Shown here piece by piece: positions 55,748-64,000 of a DNA stretch of 64,000 bases. The notes under the pieces were generated by a model. It did no database searches and was not told where the DNA came from. It worked only from the letters and a program-made list of their open reading frames with translations. Origin of the DNA: Histomonas meleagridis 2922-C6/04-290x (taxonomy: Eukaryota > Protista > Parabasalia); assembly GCA_020184695.1 (NCBI GenBank), contig JAANOX010000087.1:124001-188000 (forward strand), given 5' to 3'. The translations under genes and the position numbers were made by a program. Numbering within the stretch: the first letter of the stretch is position 1; every line of letters starts with the position of its first letter.

Positions 55748-56392
55748 ATGGTAATAATTTATGTAGTTGAGAATCATACAATATGGGTAGGAAAGGATCA
55801 GTTTGAAAATGAAGAGCTTATTCATTTTTCACAACGTTTTATGGAAGAAACAGGAATAACTCTTATTTGGCATCACGCTGATAAGTATTCTAGTCCCCAT
55901 GCTTATGTTCGTTTAAACCCAGGTGAAACAGTCGTCCCAAAGAGTTTGGCAAATATATGTTGTCAAATTTGTAAAGATGGTTCAATTGAAGGTGTAAAGC
56001 ATCCTGCAATTGATGTAGTTTACACACCTGCTTCCAATCTGATGAAAACAAAAACTATGAATCCTGGTCAGGTTTCATTTCATGACAGGAAGAAAATCGG
56101 TGTTTATAGAGGAGTAAGAAAAGATGCAGCAATTTTAAAGTCACTTGAAAAGATTTATTCAGAAGCTTCAATGAGTGACTTAGAAATAGAACTTCAAGAC
56201 ATTGTTGCCAATAAAAAGAACAAGAGTAAGTCCAAAAAACAAAAAGAAGATTGGGATGATTTCGATGATGATTGGGGAGATGCTCCAGCCAAGCCACATA
56301 CTCAAAACAAAAAGAAGTCGGGTCATATTGACATGTTTGGTGACATACCAAAGGCTGAATTCAATCCAAATATGGAAGATGACTTTATGTAA
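55748..56392 (+). CDS. CCDC25: CCDC25/Jlp2-like NFACT-R domain protein
   Basis: IWVGKDQFENEELI, WHHADKYSSPHAYVRL, NLMKTKTMNPGQVSFH. Confidence 0.85.
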   Translation: MVIIYVVENHTIWVGKDQFENEELIHFSQRFMEETGITLIWHHADKYSSPHAYVRLNPGETVVPKSLANICCQICKDGSIEGVKHPAIDVVYTPASNLMKTKTMNPGQVSFHDRKKIGVYRGVRKDAAILKSLEKIYSEASMSDLEIELQDIVANKKNKSKSKKQKEDWDDFDDDWGDAPAKPHTQNKKKSGHIDMFGDIPKAEFNPNMEDDFM

Positions 56393-56587
56393 TAAAATCA
56401 CAATTGAGTTTTAAATTGTCTTTCAGGTTGCGTTTTTATTTTTTGTTCTAAGAAATTGTTGTGAATACTTTAAATAAATAAAATGAAAAATTATCAGCAT
56501 TTTAAATTTGAGGCACCCTGAAAGTAAATAAACTTTTGAATAAATACACTTTTTAATAAACATCTGATATAAAATTGAATCAAAACT

Positions 56588-56606
56588 GCGGTTTGGTCAA
56601 CCCTTT
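56588..56606 (+). promoter_or_regulatory. M3 (GCGGTT) and M5 (CCTTT)-like promoter elements
   Basis: Upstream of the RPL39 ATG, same order as at RPL27a. Confidence 0.5.
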
Positions 56607-56612
56607 TTCATC

Positions 56613-56768
56613 ATGACAGCCCACAAGACACTGCGCATGAAACGTATCCTTGCAAAGAAGATCAAACAAAATCGCCCAATGCCACAATTCATTAGACAAA
56701 TGACTGGCGTTCGCCATGTCCAAAACCCAATGCGCCGTCATTGGAGACGTAGGAAGTTGAATATCTAA
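56613..56768 (+). CDS. RPL39: 60S ribosomal protein L39 (eL39), 51 aa, below the ORF-track cutoff
   Basis: [51 protein letters not shown]. Confidence 0.95.
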   Translation: MTAHKTLRMKRILAKKIKQNRPMPQFIRQMTGVRHVQNPMRRHWRRRKLNI

Positions 56769-56896
56769 AGGGAACTAAACATACAATTTTTCTTTTTATA
56801 ATACCTTTTTTTAGAAACATCTTATTAAAATTTGCTAAATTTATTTTTTATGATGATATCAGAATTTAAAAAAATTAATGTACAAGAAATATGTGT

Positions 56897-57097
56897 TTAT
56901 TGAAGTAACCTTCTTTGTTCGTTAAGTATTTCTGTGAAGTTTTCGACAACGTCATCATCCCAATCGTCAAGATAATCACCTTGTTGTGCATTTGTTATTT
57001 CAGGCTTAACACCAAATCCTACCTTGAAATCTTCGAATTCGTCATCATGTTGGGTATCGAAATCTTGAAATGTATTTTTCTCCTTTTGTTCAGACAT
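56897..57097 (-). CDS. SEM1: SEM1/DSS1 proteasome subunit
   Basis: DDEFEDF and DDWDDDVVENFTEIL motifs. Confidence 0.88.
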   Translation of the reverse strand: MSEQKEKNTFQDFDTQHDDEFEDFKVGFGVKPEITNAQQGDYLDDWDDDVVENFTEILNEQRRLLQ

Positions 57098-57743
57098 TTT
57101 TGAAAATGACCAACTATAAAAGTGTCATTGGTGACTTTTTGTTCGAACAAACATAGTTAATTACAAAAACGTTTTTTATGTTTTGCTAAGATAATTTATT
57201 TTTTCCTTAACATTATTTAATTTTAGAAAACCTTTTTTTCCAAAAGAGTTGAGTATATTGCATAACAATTTACATAGAATAGTTTACACAAAAACTGATC
57301 GCTCTTTTTTTAAAATATGTTTTTGGAAGGAAAAATATGAATCAAAATTTTCGGGGCGAAATGGAAACTTTAACATCACTTGAATAAATAATATTTAATT
57401 CAAATAAAGAAAATATTTCTTATGTATCAAATCTTATGATTCACAAAAATATAAAAATTACCCATTGTCATCAAATATGTTGATCATTGAAATGATTTAC
57501 ATAAACGATATCTTTTGTTATGAAAATTAAAAGACTGTGATCTTTTATAGGAAATAAAAACATTAGAAGATCATAACAAAAGCATTTCCAAAACATATAT
57601 TGTATTGGCAACAAATGTAATGTGTTTGCCTTGAGTAAAACTGCATTTATCTTTGATAATTCTAATTCATTGTTTTTTATATGGGAAAAGAAACATATTA
57701 ACGTACAAAAAAGACGATAAGCCATTTCAATTTACCTGGTCAT

Positions 57744-60447
57744 ATGAAAACTTTAATTGAAGCACCTTCCAAACGAAGAACCTGATCAAAGTCACATAAC
57801 TTATTCAGAAGAATTAGTAGAACATACCATATTCAACGGATCTCCAAAACCATTACCAGCTCCATTTGATTTAGATGATTCTACTCCATTATCATTCGAC
57901 TTCAATTTAGATAATTTTCAAAGAGAATCCATTAAATCTATCAATACAGGATGCACTACAGTTGTTGTTGCAAGCACTTCAGCCGGAAAATCAGTTGTTG
58001 CATATCATGCCATAGCAAAATCAATAGAAAAAGGTAAAATGGCTATATATACAGCGCCTGTTAAATCGCTTGCAAATCAAAAATATGTAGAGCTTTGTGA
58101 AAAATTTGATGATGTTGGATTAATAACAGGAGATGTAACAACCAATCCCACTGCTCAATGCTTAGTTATGACAGCTGAAGTTCTTCGGAATCAGCTTTTT
58201 ACTCAATCACCTAATATATCACAATTTTATTATGTTATTTTAGATGAAGCTCATTACATTCGTGACCCACAAAGAGGATTCATTTGGGAACAAATCATAA
58301 TTCAATGTCCACCAGATGTTAGGTTTGTTTTACTTACAGCTACTTTACCAAATTATTACATTCTTGCGCAATGGATTTATTCAATCAAACAAACACCAGT
58401 TCATTGTGTTTATCAACAAAAACGTCCAGTTCCACTTCGTATATATGGCTTAAGTGATAATAGCCAACCAATTTTACTTAAAGATGGAGACTCTCCCCTT
58501 AATCACAAAGAACTTGCAACACTTTGTGACTTCAAGTACACTAACATTGGGTCACCATATCAAATTTCATCGCTTCCCAAAGATCCACCATATTATATAA
58601 TTTCCAATCATGCAAATTTACTGGTATCCAAAGGAGAGATGCCACTTCTTCTCTTTTGCTTATCACGTAAACGCTGTATGAAAGTTGCGAAGCATCTTGA
58701 CGGCATTCCTGATAGCATTGATGCGTTAACGTTCTTTGATGCAGCCTCTGAAAATTGGGAAAGTGACGTTCTGAATTCAAAGCAATTTGAATTTATTCGA
58801 AACTTAGTTTCGCGTGGCATTGGTGTACATCATAGTGGTATCTTACCAATCATAAGGGAAACAATTGAGTTATTGTTTTCTACTGGTAAATTAGTAGTTC
58901 TTGTAGCTACTGAGACTTTTGCATTAGGAGTTAATGCACCAGCACGATCAGTAATGTTCTCATCAATCATTAAATGGGGTGGAACATCATTTAGATCGAT
59001 AACGACATCGGAATTTCTACAAATGGCTGGTCGAGCCGGTCGAAGAGGCTATGACAAATATGGAAATGTATATATTTACATACCAGAAAACACAGATCCT
59101 AATTTGATCTCAACTATAATTGGTTCGTTACCTGAGAAACTTATTTCCCGATTTCGAATCACGTCATCATTAATTCTTTCATGTATATCGATTAATATTA
59201 ACACCTCCGAATTTATATCGAAGTCATTGTTACTTTATATGAATCAACTTAAGTTACCATATTTAAAGCGGAAACTTGAACAAATCGAAGATGATGAAAC
59301 TAATGGAAATAATAACATTAATGAGTTTGCTAAAATGCTTGAACAACTTAAGAAAATTGCGTTATCACCACAATACATTAAAAGTATACTTGTGCCAGGA
59401 CGACTTCTATATATATCATATAAGAAATTAACTTGGGGATGGTGCTCATTAGTATCATATGAATCCAAAAGTATAACAGTAATTACGACGGCAATTAAAA
59501 ACGAAAATTATCAAAATGTTCCATCGAATGATATTTCGAATTCGTTTATTATTACAATTAAATTCCCAATAAGTTCAATCATTGCAATATCAGAAATTAT
59601 CATCAAAAATCCAATAACTAACTCGGGAACAAGGTCATCATTTTTGATTAGTTTAATTAATCGAATAAAATCAAAATATAATAATAACATTCCATTGCTA
59701 AAGTTTAAGTCATTGATACAAAGTCAATCATTAAAATCTTTAATAAAAAAATTCGAAATCATCGAAAAAAGTTTGGCTAATATAAATAATTTACTTGATA
59801 TTTGCGTAAAATTTAAAAAGCAAATTTTAATCGAAGCTAAAATTAACGAAATTGTAAACCCTTCATTTAATTTCATAATAGAAAATTACTACAAATTGTT
59901 TACTGAATTAAATTATATTAATGATTTAAACGTTCTCCAAATTAGGGGATTAACCGCTGTTTCCTTACATATCGATGACCCGTTACCGGCGGTTGAATTG
60001 TTGTTTAACGGTTTCTTCATGAATTTGGACCCCATCAAAATTTGTGTTGCGGTCGCCGGTTTCATTGAATCGCCACCAAAAGTGAAACAACAAATTTCAA
60101 CCGTCGTAATTGACTTGTGGACTTCTATGAAAAAAAGTTTAGAAAATTTGAATACGAAATTGCAAGAAAACGGTTTGGTTAAATTGGGGTGCCCCAAAAA
60201 ACGTTATTTGCAATTTGTATATACGTTTTTGTTAAAGAAATCAATAGCCGAATCTATAGCAAATATAGATGGGTTGTCTGAAGGAGTTGCAGTAAGAGCT
60301 TTAAAAAGACTTAAGGAATTGTTGATACAATTTGGTAATGCAGCAGTTGCAATGAAAGTACCTGAATTAACTGAAAGGTTCCAAAAGGCAGTGGAAAAAC
60401 TTGACGAAGGTGAAAAGTTTGATGCTTCTTTGTATAAAGTAGAATAG
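57744..60447 (+). CDS. Ski2/Mtr4-like DExH RNA helicase; the likely ATG is one base out of frame with the main ORF
   Basis: ASTSAGKS, ILDEAH, LLTAT, GIGVHHSG, QMAGRAGRRG motifs and DSHCT-like C-terminus. Confidence 0.9.
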
Positions 60448-61223
60448 AGTGTAATCTTTATAAAAATGTTTTAAAATAAATGGTATTTCTTATGTTTTGG
60501 TTTGAATTTCTACTTATCTTTAGTTATAATAACATTTTTAATTCCCATTTTTTTTTTTTCATTATTATTTTCAATTTTATGTTGTTGAAATATTATTCCA
60601 AAATTAATTTGTAACTCATCTTTAAAGAATATTTTGCACAAATGACATAACTTTTTAGCTTATCATATGTGTATTTTTTTACATTCTTCGTTTATTAAGT
60701 TTTTAATGTATGTTTAAGTAAGTTATATCTAAACTTTTACATGAATAGTTACACCATTTTATATATTAACCATAATACTTCGGATCCATTTTTTCGATCA
60801 ATTGAATTGTGCGAACTTTAGACTTTCATTAAAAATTTGGTTCTGTCTTGAATGGATAATTTCTAATGAATGAGTTAAAATTTCCTTAAAGAAAGAACAT
60901 CATTCCCTCTGAAAGGAACTATGTATTCTCGAGTAACTGTAATTGATTCTTTCTCATTTGCATGTACATAAAAATTCCACATCAAAAAGTATGAGTTGCT
61001 TCATTAAAAAATCACTCCAATTCTGTATTACACATTTTCAAATGCTTTTATCAAATAGTATTTTTCAAATTTTCAAAAAAAAGTTTTAATTGTAATAAGC
61101 AATCTTGACACAAACATTGAAATAAGATTATTGTCTTAAATATTTCCTTGTAATGAATTGTTCATATTCTTTTATATCAGAAAATCAGTTTATTATTTAC
61201 TTTCAGATTTATTTAATACTTAT

Positions 61224-62051
61224 TTAGTCATTCGTTGTCAATATTAGTTCTCCGTTGAAGTCAATTGTCGAAAGGATGAGCTGCAAATTCTTTGCATGGT
61301 TTGTGTCTTTCTGTGTTAAAAGGAAGAATCTATATGGAGGTGCCTTCTCTTGGAGTTGAAACACGCTTATTGCGCTTTTCTCCATAAGTGACCGATCACA
61401 AATGCGGTTGTCAAGATCATTCCATTTGACCTTATCGTTTGATCCTTGTAAAACCCAAGACTGTGGGCCTCCGGCCTTTGGAGGCGCTTGGAGTTTGTAC
61501 GATGTCATTGATATTTGAATAAATGGAGGAAATTCAATTAATAAATTTGCATTTGGGAATGGTTTGGATTGGAAAAAATCATTGGGATTTCCTGAAAAAA
61601 GATTAACTAACTTGAAGTTTGGTAATTCCAGCGCACAATTAGAACTAGCAGTGATGATTTGATTTGTCATCGGATTTTCATATTCGTGTCTTCCACCACC
61701 AGTTGCAAGTAGGTAAATAATGTTTTCAAGTTCCGTGTTTATGACATTGCTGGGATTGAAAATTGCATCAATAAATTGAATTAATTTATCTTTTCCTACA
61801 ATTTTACTAACAAATAGATAGGATCGGATTTTGGTAAGATTCTGTTCTTGAATTGAAATCCAACCACGAATGATATCGACATATATATCATCAGGAATCC
61901 AATCACTATCTTCGAAAGTTTCAATTTCATCAAATGATAACTTATTAAAATCAAGGGTTTTGATTTTCTCAACTCCTTCTTCGACAGAGATTTGATTTGA
62001 CTTGACTTTTTCTGATATTTCTTGAAATTGTTCGAGGATTTCCTTGCTCAT
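61224..62051 (-). CDS. Trichomonad F5/8 type C-like domain protein
   Basis: GPQSWVLQGSNDKVKWNDLD...YRFFLLTQ...IDFNGEL. Confidence 0.7.
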   Translation of the reverse strand: MSKEILEQFQEISEKVKSNQISVEEGVEKIKTLDFNKLSFDEIETFEDSDWIPDDIYVDIIRGWISIQEQNLTKIRSYLFVSKIVGKDKLIQFIDAIFNPSNVINTELENIIYLLATGGGRHEYENPMTNQIITASSNCALELPNFKLVNLFSGNPNDFFQSKPFPNANLLIEFPPFIQISMTSYKLQAPPKAGGPQSWVLQGSNDKVKWNDLDNRICDRSLMEKSAISVFQLQEKAPPYRFFLLTQKDTNHAKNLQLILSTIDFNGELILTTND

Positions 62052-62441
62052 TTGCTTGGCATGTCAAAACCGCTCATCGGCCTGAGAAACCGTTTATTAT
62101 GCTTCATTACAATTTTTTCTGCTTCATAATGAAATTTTCTATTTTTTAATAGGTGGATTTATAAAACTAACAGTATAGTTGGCGGTGAATGTGCATCTAA
62201 CCACAAGAACAACATTATATCCAATTTCATTAAATAATATTTAAGCAATTGCTTTATGATAATGCTAAAGATTAATTTGATTTTAAAATTTGTTGTCAAA
62301 AAAGCACAATTTCGAAATTAAGTCGCTAGAGATTTACCAAGAATGAGAAAACGCAATTTGTTTAAACAAATTTATATTGATTGACATTAAATAAATCATT
62401 ACTTATATTTAGGAATAATTTATAGACATGTAAACATAAAT

Positions 62442-63842
62442 TTATTGTTCGAATTTAGCCAAGTTGAACACGAGAGGTGCGCCTTGTTGTGTAATTGATT
62501 CTATTTTGACCACTCCATTTCTTACAGTGCACAAAGCTATGTTTGGCTCGAATTCATTCTGTATACATGTGTCCAAACACTTAATGAAGAGATGTCCCGT
62601 TCGTATGATGAGAAGTGCCTTATCCAAATTTATAGGAAGAAGTTGGCCTGCTAATTCTCTAATTCCATCAGACCATTTCTTTTTGATTATAGTCTCCGCC
62701 ATAACGCGTATCATCCTTCGATGCCCATGCATGTCACGTTTTGTGATTCCGATTTCAAGTGGAATGCGGACCCCTTTGTTTGCTCTTGAGTCCATTTCTC
62801 GAGCAAAGCCAATTTCAGATAGAATCATTGCACCGGTGCAAAGTGATGTACAATACGAAAAAGTGGCAGGAAACGGTTCGCTGTTTGGCGGCTTTCTCAA
62901 ATCGACAATGATCTTACTGACGACCTCCTTGAGTGCATTAAATTCACTAAGATCACGACCTTCAATGAGTTCACAATAGACATTAACGAGTTCGTCTAAA
63001 AGATAGGCGAGTGATGCATCATAAACTATTGGTTTTGAACCAATTTCCGAAAATTCAGTGATCTCTTTCTTGAAATGTGCAAAAGTCATATATTTGGCAC
63101 GCTGGGCTGGAAGAACTTTCTCTAAATTCATTGACCACCTTGACATCATTTGGAGTTTTTCTTTCCTGAGTTGAATAGCTCTTTCTATGAGACGATTGAC
63201 GATTATGGGATGAACTAAATTTGGATTTTGTGAGTATGTTTCGAGAATTAATGTACCACCATTCCCATAAATAGCACACATCTCTAACTGTATCATCGGT
63301 GAAGAAAACGCCGTGCTATCTGCCCCATTTGTCATAAAATATCGAAGTGCATTTGAATTTCTTACAATTTCTATGTCAAGCATGCAATGGCGGTCTTCTA
63401 TTTCTTCGAGAGATTCATTAACTTGAGGTATTATAGCGGTATGTTTCCGAGAATCATCGCTTTGATATTCGCATGCTATCCAATCGTAATTGCATACACT
63501 TCCATCGTTTTTGGACTGCCCCGTTTTCAGCGGTTTCCCAATAGGGTACTCCAATTTTGTGTAGCTTCCTTCTCGTGAATTTGTTTTCCAACCAATAGTA
63601 ATAGGTATGTTTAAAGGATCAAAAATTAATCCAGGAAATTTAGCAGATGAGTATTGTAGTAGTTGACAAAATTTTCTGAGATCATCTGGTTGATATCTTA
63701 GAATTAATGGTATAAATTCATCCATTCGATTTGGAATACCACGTAATCTTAAAAATTCAAAAATCCATTCAAATTCTACAAGATCTTGTTTTGGAGAATC
63801 ATTAGTTGGTGGATCAGGAAATTTAATTCTAGATGGTATCAT
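62442..63842 (-). CDS. Hypothetical protein, 466 aa
   Basis: ATG-initiated ORF with no recognised domain. Confidence 0.65.
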   Translation of the reverse strand: MIPSRIKFPDPPTNDSPKQDLVEFEWIFEFLRLRGIPNRMDEFIPLILRYQPDDLRKFCQLLQYSSAKFPGLIFDPLNIPITIGWKTNSREGSYTKLEYPIGKPLKTGQSKNDGSVCNYDWIACEYQSDDSRKHTAIIPQVNESLEEIEDRHCMLDIEIVRNSNALRYFMTNGADSTAFSSPMIQLEMCAIYGNGGTLILETYSQNPNLVHPIIVNRLIERAIQLRKEKLQMMSRWSMNLEKVLPAQRAKYMTFAHFKKEITEFSEIGSKPIVYDASLAYLLDELVNVYCELIEGRDLSEFNALKEVVSKIIVDLRKPPNSEPFPATFSYCTSLCTGAMILSEIGFAREMDSRANKGVRIPLEIGITKRDMHGHRRMIRVMAETIIKKKWSDGIRELAGQLLPINLDKALLIIRTGHLFIKCLDTCIQNEFEPNIALCTVRNGVVKIESITQQGAPLVFNLAKFEQ

Positions 63843-64000
63843 AAAGTTAGTAATTCTAGATGCAACAGGATTATTGGAGGAATGAATTTTATTATTTAAA
63901 TTTATATTTTGCTTTTTAAAGCTTTTGAATAATTGATGAATAGGATAATTAGAATTTAATATTTTTGTAGCATCATTTTTTGTAATTTTTTGATTGAAAT

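Noticed and set aside
24173-57097. Clustering of RPN2, RPN1 and SEM1
   Set aside because: They are spread over 33 kb with many unrelated genes between them, compatible with chance.

Overview
AT-rich eukaryotic DNA from a parabasalid protist. Trichomonad-type actin, cathepsin L, a DUF3447-type ankyrin gene and M3/M5-like promoters support this, but the species cannot be fixed from sequence alone. Housekeeping genes include histones H2A/H2B, RPL27a, RPL39, RPN1, RPN2, SEM1, CCT5, actin, a Ski2/Mtr4-like helicase, CCDC25, SCAMP, tRNA-Met and tRNA-Asn. There are two mobile elements: a mariner inserted into a MATE transporter gene, and an RLE-type non-LTR retrotransposon inserted into the 3' end of a tRNA-Met gene with an 18-bp target duplication. 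The main discovery is the ankyrin gene at 19351-23345, which the ORF track ends at 20565. Each of 17 consecutive ankyrin beta-hairpin loops is written as single codons separated by 17-nt AT-rich spacers (20-nt period, RTTT...WTTT, never GT-AG). Removing the 65 spacers gives one open 963-aa protein with canonical loops such as KDGT, KDGF, DFGE and FSGR. A decayed second copy of the same architecture lies at about 34219-34600. How the spacers are removed (non-canonical splicing, editing, DNA excision or ribosomal bypass) cannot be seen from DNA.
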